In this document: piece by piece, positions 16,704 through 23,690 of the stretch
How the letters are laid out: each line of letters begins with the position of its first letter
Position numbering within the stretch: the first letter of the stretch is position 1
Virus record (IMG/VR): IMGVR_UViG_3300037067_026718
Span: 1 to 64,000 of that record
Source: a virus
Lineage: Duplodnaviria; Caudoviricetes
DNA: 64,000 bases
Strand: one strand, 5' to 3'
The notes under the pieces: generated by a model
What the model saw: the letters and a program-made list of their open reading frames with translations, nothing else
Database searches by the model: none
Told to the model about the DNA's origin: nothing
Position numbers and translations under genes: made by a program

Positions 16704-18114
16704 AGCTTCCTTTCATCGGCCTTTGATCCCAGACCCTTCCATCTAGAAGAGGCATGCTTCGGACTATTCCGTCGTCTCCAGGCCCCTGCTTGTAGAACAG
16801 CGGGACGTTGGCAGAAACGCACTGCTCCTTGACTGACCGCGCCCATTCGATCTTCATGGGCCTTGCACCCGGGCCGGATTCGCAGCCCATGACCACAAAT
16901 GTTATGGAGTTTGGCCGCGTTTGCTCCGCCGTTGAGTGTAGTCCCCCGTCGGACCTCCTTGCATCTGGCGACTTTCGCCTCTCATAATCTTCGACAGTGT
17001 TTGATAAGTCACACCGTACATTTCTGACAGATCCTTCAGTGACTTCGTTCCTGATTTGTATATCGCTCTTGCCGCTTCTACTTGAGCATCGGTCAGTTTC
17101 GATGCATGATTTGTCTGCCCCCATTGATTGGCGGTGCGCCCCTTCTTCAATATCCGGACAGCATGCGTTATGTTCTCCGAGAGCGTAAGGATTTCGAGGT
17201 TTTCCGGCCTGTTGTCCTGCTTCATCCCATTGATGTGGTTGACCGTCATCCCTTCTGGGATGTTTCCGTTGTAATGAAGCCATACAAGCCTGTGAGCCAA
17301 GCAGTGAACTCTCTTCGCTTCGGTCATCCAGCGAACCTGAAGATATTGTCCGGAGTCGTGTTCTGCCCTGTGCCTTGGAATCTTCTTCAGCGTCAATCGT
17401 TTGTTCCATCGATTGCCTCGAAGCTCCGCGACTTTCCATATCGTCCCGTCTGCTTCTATCTGGAGAAGACCCAGTTTCACTGCTTGGTAGACTTCTACTT
17501 CTCGATTGAGTGCTTTCATACATTGGATAATACCCAATGTATTTTTGCAAGTCAACACTTGATAAACAAGGTTCAAGGCTGACCACCCGGCAGGCTGCGG
17601 GTGTCTGGAGCAGAAGCGGGATGCGCTTGTCGGCAGTTGCCTGATCCTCGATGGAGACGCCCACGATTACATTGGGGAGGGGCCACGGCACTTCTTCCCT
17701 AAGACATGACGCGAGCCTCATTGCCGAGTGCATCCATTCATCCAGAAGCATCTGCGCCCTCGAAGACCTCTTTGTCAACACGATAAACGTGTGTTGGGGC
17801 GCGTTCAGCATGGCAAGCCATACCCGCAGAATGAAGTCACTTGAAACGTTACTATGAAACAAGTCGCCCATGAACTGTACGCCGATGACAGCCGGTTTCC
17901 GTATCCGCATCGGAGCGGTCAACTCGTCCATTAGCATCAGGGGTGTTCCCCCGCCATACGCCTGTCTACGTTCATCGCTCAGGATCGGGTTCGCTGCAAG
18001 CCTGTCCGCCATGCTCAAGTGCCAGCAACGACGGCAGCCCTCCGAAACCCGACTGCACCGCATTGCGATCGGGTTCCAGGTGTGCGTCAAATACTCAATG
18101 CGGGTCGGCTGCAT
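16696..18114 (-). CDS. Gp37Gp68/DUF5131-family protein with a ~205-aa in-frame insert
   Basis: TRIEY..HTWNP..CSRVSEGCRRCW; MGDLFH; HTFIVLTKR; NVIVGVSIEDQ; SLEP; VVMGCESGPGARPM..W..SVKEQC....VPLFYKQ. Confidence 0.88.
   Translation of the reverse strand: MQPTRIEYLTHTWNPIAMRCSRVSEGCRRCWHLSMADRLAANPILSDERRQAYGGGTPLMLMDELTAPMRIRKPAVIGVQFMGDLFHSNVSSDFILRVWLAMLNAPQHTFIVLTKRSSRAQMLLDEWMHSAMRLASCLREEVPWPLPNVIVGVSIEDQATADKRIPLLLQTPAACRVVSLEPCLSSVDLQKYIGYYPMYESTQSRSRSLPSSETGSSPDRSRRDDMESRGASRQSMEQTIDAEEDSKAQGRTRLRTISSGSLDDRSEESSLLGSQACMASLQRKHPRRDDGQPHQWDEAGQQAGKPRNPYALGEHNACCPDIEEGAHRQSMGADKSCIETDRCSSRSGKSDIQIRNEVTEGSVRNVRCDLSNTVEDYERRKSPDARRSDGGLHSTAEQTRPNSITFVVMGCESGPGARPMKIEWARSVKEQCVSANVPLFYKQGPGDDGIVRSMPLLDGRVWDQRPMKGSYA
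16902..17519 (-). CDS. HNH endonuclease with C-terminal HTH, nested in the +1 frame of the DUF5131 gene
   Basis: LAHRLVW...IPEGMTVNHINGMKQDNRPENLEILTLSENITHA; HASKLTDAQV...LSEMYGVTYQTLSKIMRG. Confidence 0.9.
   Translation of the reverse strand: MKALNREVEVYQAVKLGLLQIEADGTIWKVAELRGNRWNKRLTLKKIPRHRAEHDSGQYLQVRWMTEAKRVHCLAHRLVWLHYNGNIPEGMTVNHINGMKQDNRPENLEILTLSENITHAVRILKKGRTANQWGQTNHASKLTDAQVEAARAIYKSGTKSLKDLSEMYGVTYQTLSKIMRGESRQMQGGPTGDYTQRRSKRGQTP
17527..17555 (-). promoter_or_regulatory. sigma70-type promoter for the nested HNH (likely leaderless mRNA)
   Basis: TTGACT-17 nt-TATTAT-7 nt-ATG. Confidence 0.7.
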
Positions 18115-18286
18115 TCTCTTCCACCCTCTCCCACTCAGACTCCATGATTGTGTATCCACAAGCCTCGCAGTGATGGATGTACGTCGGCCATGGACAGGAA
18201 TGCTGTACTTCTGCGTCCTGCTCTTTACCGCACTCAGGACAGCGGATGCGTTCGCAATGGCATTCTTCGCTCACGCCTTCCTCCAC
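18095..18286 (-). CDS. zinc-ribbon protein
   Basis: IRCPECG...HHCEACGYTIMESEW. Confidence 0.6.
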   Translation of the reverse strand: MEEGVSEECHCERIRCPECGKEQDAEVQHSCPWPTYIHHCEACGYTIMESEWERVEENAADPH

Positions 18287-19203
18287 TCACCTTTGTTGGT
18301 ATCGAATTCGTAGCCTTGAGGAACCAATGTCTCCTTCGCTTCTTCATGGCTTTTGTACTTTTGGAACGACCTTTTGCCGTCGACTATGATGCATTCGGTC
18401 ACGTAGGAAGGATTCTTCTCGGATATGTATGATTGTTTGATAACATCCTTCCATCGCCCTTGGTAAAGCCAGGTAGCTGGATTGGGGATAAATTCTTTTC
18501 CATCCGAGCGAAGAAAGTGTTTTGCCGCGACCTGAGCTTTTATAGCCTCGAGGATCACTGACGCTGCAGCTCCGTTCTTTTTCGCAGCAAGATATTTTCG
18601 GTACGCATCATCCTTCCCTCTGGAGATAGGGTAGACTTTCCAGAACTCCACGAAGTCGGAGTCGTATTCGTCGTCCTTCTTCCTGGGGGATCGCTGAGTC
18701 TTCCCGGTGGCCGGTTCCGGTTTCTTCTCACCCAGTTCAATCGAGAGGGAGAAATCCGGTATTACTTCTTCAATTTCTTTAACTTCTTCAACTTCTTTAG
18801 TGTGTCCGTCTGTTGTACTGTTTGCTGTACTGTCTGTTGTACTGTTTGCTGTACCGTCCGCTGTACCGTTACCTTGGTATGCGCTCCAGTTAAGTATTGA
18901 TACTACAGTACATACGTTTGTTTTTTGCTGTACCGTTTGCTGTACCGTTTTTGACTCTAAATAAGACAAAAACCTTCGTACTTTTCCGCGAGACCACTTC
19001 CAGCGACTGGCAAGAAAATCCTCTCCTGCCAAGACGTCTCCTGGTTTCAGGTGTACAGCAATCCCGCGCACAAAGACTGTTGTATCCTTGTAGGCGGCCA
19101 GAATCAGGAGGTCTGTCCACGCCTGCCAGTGGGTAAAAGGATCTGCGAAGTAAAGCTCGTTTTCCTGGCTAGATCGCCAGTACTTGATATATCCAATGGC
19201 CAT
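18271..19203 (-). CDS. phage replication initiator / replisome organiser
   Basis: GYIKYWRS...QAWTDLLILA...WKWSRGKVRRFL; FVEFWKVYP...FIPNPATWLYQGRWKD. Confidence 0.8.
   Translation of the reverse strand: MAIGYIKYWRSSQENELYFADPFTHWQAWTDLLILAAYKDTTVFVRGIAVHLKPGDVLAGEDFLASRWKWSRGKVRRFLSYLESKTVQQTVQQKTNVCTVVSILNWSAYQGNGTADGTANSTTDSTANSTTDGHTKEVEEVKEIEEVIPDFSLSIELGEKKPEPATGKTQRSPRKKDDEYDSDFVEFWKVYPISRGKDDAYRKYLAAKKNGAAASVILEAIKAQVAAKHFLRSDGKEFIPNPATWLYQGRWKDVIKQSYISEKNPSYVTECIIVDGKRSFQKYKSHEEAKETLVPQGYEFDTNKGEWRKA
18808..18946. repeat. seven 12-bp iteron-like repeats (5+2), candidate origin
   Basis: Unit GTYYGYTGTACY at 18808-18867 (x5) and 18923-18946 (x2). Confidence 0.75.
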
Positions 19204-19205
19204 GG

Positions 19206-19406
19206 TTAATCACCAGAGTCACTGGCGCCGTCAACCTTCCCGGCATCGCGCACTGCATAGTAAAGGTATTTCTTGATCGAATCCTTTATCATGCGGAGAG
19301 CAGCCGGAGGGATGCTTTTGTCAAGGCACTCAATTTCTTCCATGCACTTGGCAACGTGCCTCGACCTGATACTGTCTAATTCAGGGGGGAGCTTGGGACG
19401 GTCCAT
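19206..19406 (-). CDS. hypothetical protein
   Basis: AAAGGA SD. Confidence 0.55.
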   Translation of the reverse strand: MDRPKLPPELDSIRSRHVAKCMEEIECLDKSIPPAALRMIKDSIKKYLYYAVRDAGKVDGASDSGD

Positions 19407-19457
19407 AGTTGGGATCCTTTCAGCAGGTCAGATATCAGTTCTTCAGTGAACGCGGGG

Positions 19458-19487
19458 AGTATGGGAGGGGGCAGGGGGGTGCGTCAA
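19458..19487 (-). promoter_or_regulatory. sigma70-like promoter
   Basis: TTGACG-18 nt-CATACT upstream of the initiator operon. Confidence 0.5.
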
Positions 19488-19561
19488 GGGGCCCCAAGAT
19501 ATTGTTTTCGGGTTTATTGATGGACAACAGAAAAGAAAAAAGGGGATGTTAAATATGCAAG

Positions 19562-19585
19562 AGGGCAGGTTGTTATGCCTGCCCT
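19562..19585 (-). terminator. hairpin or terminator after the secreted-protein gene
   Basis: AGGGCAGG/CCTGCCCT; weak U tract. Confidence 0.55.
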
Positions 19586-19591
19586 ACATGC

Positions 19592-20134
19592 CTAGAACGC
19601 GGCCTTGATGGAGGCCCAGGTGGAGGGGGAGAGGTCTTGAGACTCTGGGATTGGGAAGACCATGAAGATATGGGTGTAGTTGGTGGACTGATTCACGAAC
19701 CTAAACCTCAGGGTGTCGTCATCAATCAGTCTCCAGCTCACGGAGACAGGCCAGTAAGTAAGGGAAATGCTGTCGAACCAGTCTTCGGTGGGGACGGTCG
19801 GAACGGTGATCTCGTCTACCGGAAACCACTGGTTGATGGTGTAGAGCGGCCAACTTCCTTCAGCCAGCCGCACAGAGTAGGTTACACCCTTATCAAACCA
19901 AAGGTCATCATCGTAACCGGTCTCCAATGGGTAGTTAAACTCAAACGCTCCCCCAGGAAGAGGTTGTCCATTGAGGTTACAGAGGCTGGAGTCGTCGCTT
20001 ATCTCGAAAGACGACTCGCCCCATACCCCTTCGCCCCAAGCGTCAAGGTTATCATTGCCGACCATGAATACCTGATGAGTAGGATATGCTACCGCCATAA
20101 CAGCCATCACCATCATCACGATGAGAGCTTTCAT
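19592..20134 (-). CDS. secreted protein with C-terminal STWASIK motif
   Basis: Signal peptide MKALIVMMVMAVMAVA; ends LSPSTWASIKAAF; GAAGGAGG SD. Confidence 0.75.
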   Translation of the reverse strand: MKALIVMMVMAVMAVAYPTHQVFMVGNDNLDAWGEGVWGESSFEISDDSSLCNLNGQPLPGGAFEFNYPLETGYDDDLWFDKGVTYSVRLAEGSWPLYTINQWFPVDEITVPTVPTEDWFDSISLTYWPVSVSWRLIDDDTLRFRFVNQSTNYTHIFMVFPIPESQDLSPSTWASIKAAF

Positions 20135-20162
20135 TGTCATACCTCCTTCAAAAGGGTTGTTT

Positions 20163-20203
20163 TCTCTCACTATATTTATATCGCAGATATGAAGTATTTA
20201 CGC
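20163..20203 (-). promoter_or_regulatory. putative phage promoter, copy 2
   Basis: GCGTAA-N17-TATAAATATAGTGAGAGA. Confidence 0.6.
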
Positions 20204-20236
20204 TATTCATAAAGAATAAGATAATCAATGATCGTC

Positions 20237-20265
20237 AAAGAAGAAGCCCCCTCCGAAGAGGGGGC
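20237..20265 (-). terminator. intrinsic terminator
   Basis: GCCCCCTC-TTCG-GAGGGGGC followed by TTCTTCTTT. Confidence 0.8.
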
Positions 20266-20282
20266 CCATTCTTGAGCAGGGA

Positions 20283-20672
20283 TTAGTACCCCACTGCTCC
20301 GACGCCGTACACAGCCTGGCTGTGAGTGAAGCCGTCGTACTCGAGCTGCTCGATCAATCCTGACCGAGAGAAACTCATGATGTCCAGGTAGCGTGCGGCC
20401 TTTTTGGCGGCCTGTTCATTCCAGTCGGCGCCGCAGTTGTTGACGGCATAGAGGGCCTCGCTGTTGGAGTACCCGTCGTACTCAAGCTGCTCCAGCAGGC
20501 CGGTCCTGGAGAAAGCCATGATGCTCAGGTAGCGTTCGGCTTTGTTCAGGGCATTCCGTTCGCCCATGGTCACGCTGGATATGACATTGGAAGACGTCGT
20601 CTCGGGGCCGTAGGCCACTCCGCTGCCGAAAACCATGGAGGCCATCAGCACTATCAGGATCAGGTATTTCAT
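20283..20672 (-). CDS. Ltp-family surface protein (superinfection-exclusion-like)
   Basis: Two repeats A..KA.RYL.IM.FSR.GL.EQLEYDG...A.Y.V; signal peptide. Confidence 0.85.
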   Translation of the reverse strand: MKYLILIVLMASMVFGSGVAYGPETTSSNVISSVTMGERNALNKAERYLSIMAFSRTGLLEQLEYDGYSNSEALYAVNNCGADWNEQAAKKAARYLDIMSFSRSGLIEQLEYDGFTHSQAVYGVGAVGY

Positions 20673-20737
20673 TCTCTCTCCTTCTGGGTAAAATGGCACT
20701 ATTGCCATGCTGCTTGGATCGTTATCTCAATGGAAAC

Positions 20738-21139
20738 TCACAACTCAATAAGCTCAGACCTGGCAATCCCCGATTCATCGTCGGTGATGTCGGAGCGCAG
20801 CATACTGAGCTCATCTTCGTTCTGCTTTGCCCATTCCAGGACGTGGGGAGGGAAGAGCGGTTCATCCCCTGGCATAATGTCAGGCTCGCAGGTCAGGAAA
20901 CACAGGAAATCATCGAAGGCATGAACGATATCGCCATGCGCTGTGTTGAGGTCCTCGTTGATGTAAACGAAGTCAGGAGTGAATATCTCAAATCCCCAGT
21001 CCTGGCTGGCGATGTGACATTTTTCTCCGCCGCGGTTTTCTCCTGCCTTTGCGCTTAACAAGGATATCCAGGAGTGATCTCCTATCCTGAGACCGGCGCA
21101 AAGACTGGGAGTAATCTTGAAGGGGGGATGGAGGATCAT
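20738..21139 (-). CDS. hypothetical phage protein
   Basis: MILHPPF start; LFPPHVLEWA..N.DELSML. Confidence 0.6.
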   Translation of the reverse strand: MILHPPFKITPSLCAGLRIGDHSWISLLSAKAGENRGGEKCHIASQDWGFEIFTPDFVYINEDLNTAHGDIVHAFDDFLCFLTCEPDIMPGDEPLFPPHVLEWAKQNEDELSMLRSDITDDESGIARSELIEL

Positions 21140-21510
21140 AACGCTACATCTGCGTTGACGTCTGCCTTGAGCACGATGGGTTCTCCGATAATGGGGTAGA
21201 CCGACTTGTATGATTCTCTCAGCATCTTCAAGAGATTGACCAAGAACAGGACTTCTCCTTCTTCTTTGATCAACCCCGCTGCCGTAGCTATCCACGTCTC
21301 GTCCGATATGATCGTAGGAAAGGGAGTAACGCCGGCGAAGATGGGGTTGTGGAGAACTCCCATGATGTCAGAACCGGACAGTGTTGCGGCATCCAAAGCA
21401 ACCAAAGTAACCGTTGGCTCGGGAAGAGGAGATATCGTCTCCTCCTCGCCAACAACGGCTTCCATGGCTTCTTTGAGCATCTTCTTGAACTCTTCCATAT
21501 CGAATGACAC
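21136..21510 (-). CDS. hypothetical protein
   Basis: Fits gene tiling. Confidence 0.55.
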   Translation of the reverse strand: MSFDMEEFKKMLKEAMEAVVGEEETISPLPEPTVTLVALDAATLSGSDIMGVLHNPIFAGVTPFPTIISDETWIATAAGLIKEEGEVLFLVNLLKMLRESYKSVYPIIGEPIVLKADVNADVAL

Positions 21511-21525
21511 AGACAGACCTCTCTT

Positions 21526-21861
21526 TCAGTGTAACATGTCTCCAAGACCGAGACGCTTCCATGGTTCCTGGGCTCCTTCACGCAGGCCTGCATCGACCTT
21601 GCAGAAGCCGCCCATCTTGATGTTCCATTCCTCGAGCTCACGCATTTCAGCGATGAACTCTTCGTCGGTATCGCACGTTGTCGTTGTGCAGTCTCCTTCG
21701 CAGTAGTTGAAGATGGTGCGCTTCTCTGGGTTTGCCCAGGTACCGTAGAACGAAGCATCCTGGCGGGTGTCGACCTGGGCAAAGCCATTACTGGAAGAGC
21801 ACGTGCCCCAGTCGTACTTGTATCTGTCTGCAGGGCAGTGCTCGAAAGACTTCTTGACCAT
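21526..21861 (-). CDS. conserved early phage/plasmid protein
   Basis: DRYKYDW..CS...GFAQVDTRQDASFYGTWANP...YCEGD. Confidence 0.7.
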   Translation of the reverse strand: MVKKSFEHCPADRYKYDWGTCSSSNGFAQVDTRQDASFYGTWANPEKRTIFNYCEGDCTTTTCDTDEEFIAEMRELEEWNIKMGGFCKVDAGLREGAQEPWKRLGLGDMLH

Positions 21862-21863
21862 TG

Positions 21864-22196
21864 TCAGCCTTCCTTGCGGATGGTCTCCGGGTTCTCGATC
21901 AGCAAGGGGCATCGAAGCGCCCGGGCGTGGCCTGCCGGATACGACCCGACTGCTTCGCCGATGATTCCGGCAGCCACGAGGGCTTCGTAGATGCCTTCGT
22001 TCTCGGACCAGTTTTTGATCCACACCTCTCCGTCCTGAAGCATGGCTTCCGGGATGTTGACCGTGGCTACAGTCATTAACTCTCCATCGGGACAAAAGAG
22101 AAGGATGGCGTCTCGCTGGTTTTCGTCTTTGTAGCGGGACATCTCTACTTTGCATTCCTGGCCGAGGAACTTGACTGTCTTGTCGATGAATGCCAT
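21864..22196 (-). CDS. DUF4313-like protein
   Basis: VATVNIP...VWIKNWSENEGI..AL..AGII. Confidence 0.6.
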   Translation of the reverse strand: MAFIDKTVKFLGQECKVEMSRYKDENQRDAILLFCPDGELMTVATVNIPEAMLQDGEVWIKNWSENEGIYEALVAAGIIGEAVGSYPAGHARALRCPLLIENPETIRKEG

Positions 22197-22201
22197 TGGA
22201 T

Positions 22202-22225
22202 TCCTTTCTTGTTCTACAGAAGCTC
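22202..22225. repeat. 24-bp direct repeat, copy 1 (flanks thg1)
   Basis: tcctttcttgttctacagaagctc; 22/24 identical to 23035-23058. Confidence 0.7.
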
Positions 22226-23035
22226 TTTGGCTACAATGGGGTCAGCTCCATCGAAGATGACCGCCTCGCGGTTTGTTACGGTACCCAGCGGCGGCATGTC
22301 CAGCACGCTGCACACCGAACGCTCCACGACTAGATCGGGGTTAGTCCGGGCTTCGTGCTTCAATGGCAGGCGGTCAATTTCTTCGGTGCTGAACGGAATA
22401 GCCACGGTACGCCTCTGTACATAGGCGCCGCGCTTAAACAGAGCCGGGTAGTCGTTCCAGTTCACGCCCTTGACGTGCAGCATGTCATGCTTCTGAGAGC
22501 TGTTCTTGCCCATCAGCGCTTTATGACTGTAGTACGCCGACGAGGCCATGCTTATGCTGTTTTTCGTAGCGTCATACTCGCGCCACAGGAACACGTTTGC
22601 TCCCTCGGCGCGGTTTGGAACGTTCCACACTCGAGCATCGAAGGTCGGCAGACGATGGGCATACTGAGGCATGCGCTCCAGCACCAGTCGGTAGAAGATC
22701 AACGTGGCTTGGGCAGCAAGCTGGCTCGTCATCTTCGCCACGCGACCATCGAAGTAAATCTGGCTTTGAGTTGTTTGTGCATGCCAGGCCAAAGTGATTT
22801 CATCGCTTTGCGTGTATCCCATGCAGGCACCGGTATCGCGCACCAAAGCTACAGTAGTGTCCAGCACACAGGCCGAGAAGGTGGCATCGAAAGGCCTCTC
22901 CATTCCATGTGTGAATCCGTGGAATGCACGACCGTCGATGCGAGCCAGCGCGGGAAGCAATTGCATCAGGCGCCGGCCAGACTCTACTCCTTCATACAGC
23001 TTCATGCGGTCGCCAAGACTGTCTTTCACTTTCAT
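22214..23035 (-). CDS. thg1: tRNA-His guanylyltransferase Thg1-like protein
   Basis: SLGDRMKLYE; RIDGRAFHGFT; GYTQSDEITL; FDGRVAK; FDARV; WREYDATKNSI. Confidence 0.92.
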   Translation of the reverse strand: MKVKDSLGDRMKLYEGVESGRRLMQLLPALARIDGRAFHGFTHGMERPFDATFSACVLDTTVALVRDTGACMGYTQSDEITLAWHAQTTQSQIYFDGRVAKMTSQLAAQATLIFYRLVLERMPQYAHRLPTFDARVWNVPNRAEGANVFLWREYDATKNSISMASSAYYSHKALMGKNSSQKHDMLHVKGVNWNDYPALFKRGAYVQRRTVAIPFSTEEIDRLPLKHEARTNPDLVVERSVCSVLDMPPLGTVTNREAVIFDGADPIVAKELL

Positions 23036-23058
23036 CCTCTCTTATTCTACAGAAGCTC
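23035..23058. repeat. 24-bp direct repeat, copy 2
   Basis: tcctctcttattctacagaagctc. Confidence 0.7.
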
Positions 23059-23319
23059 CTCGACGATGAAGTCTCCGTAGACAGACCGAAGGGCTCTTAT
23101 GATAACGGCTCCAACGGTAATGCCTCCCGGCAGCAGCCTGGTTTTGTTCAAAGGCATGGTTTCTGCTTTGTTCCAGACGCACCTCGCCTTGGACAGTACC
23201 GTCCCGACCGACTGCCTGAGCCCCGGGTTGTGAGTTGTGGTGAACGCCTTGGGATCTCCGCCGAGCCGACGGTAGGCATCCATGACCTGGTCTTGCGTGA
23301 GCTTGTGCATTGGTTTCAT
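23047..23319 (-). CDS. hypothetical protein
   Basis: Fits gene tiling. Confidence 0.55.
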   Translation of the reverse strand: MKPMHKLTQDQVMDAYRRLGGDPKAFTTTHNPGLRQSVGTVLSKARCVWNKAETMPLNKTRLLPGGITVGAVIIRALRSVYGDFIVEELL

Positions 23320-23690
23320 TGCTCCTCTGCTTTTATGCTGTACAGCTCTTCGTTGATTTCCTGAATTGTTGCCCTGATCTCTGGAACGATGGCAGGAAGC
23401 TCATCATCATCGGTGTACTCGGCATCATAGTAGAGGATCATGTCTACCGCTTTTTCAAGGAGGCCCTTGAGGCCTTCGAGCCTCCTCCTGTGTTCCATCA
23501 TGAACTTCTTCAGGTAGACGCTGTGATCGAGTGATTCTTCCAGGGCGTGCTGGGCCCACTGTAGCGTACCGAGGTCTTCGCGCTCCATGGTTTTCTTGTA
23601 CTTGTCGCGCCCCAAGTCACGGCGCCGGCGGATTTCCTCGATGACGGCTTCTTCGATCTCGAGGTCTTCTGGTGTAATTGCCTTCATCAC
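23316..23690 (-). CDS. all-alpha NTP-pyrophosphatase-like phage protein
   Basis: R...G..KY..TM.R.DL...QW.QHA.EE.LD..VYL. Confidence 0.6.
   Translation of the reverse strand: MMKAITPEDLEIEEAVIEEIRRRRDLGRDKYKKTMEREDLGTLQWAQHALEESLDHSVYLKKFMMEHRRRLEGLKGLLEKAVDMILYYDAEYTDDDELPAIVPEIRATIQEINEELYSIKAEEQ

Noticed and set aside
16902-17560. Group I intron or intein explanation for the DUF5131 insert
   Set aside because: The HNH ORF fills the insert almost end to end, leaving no room for a ribozyme core, and the host-frame insert lacks intein N- and C-terminal blocks.
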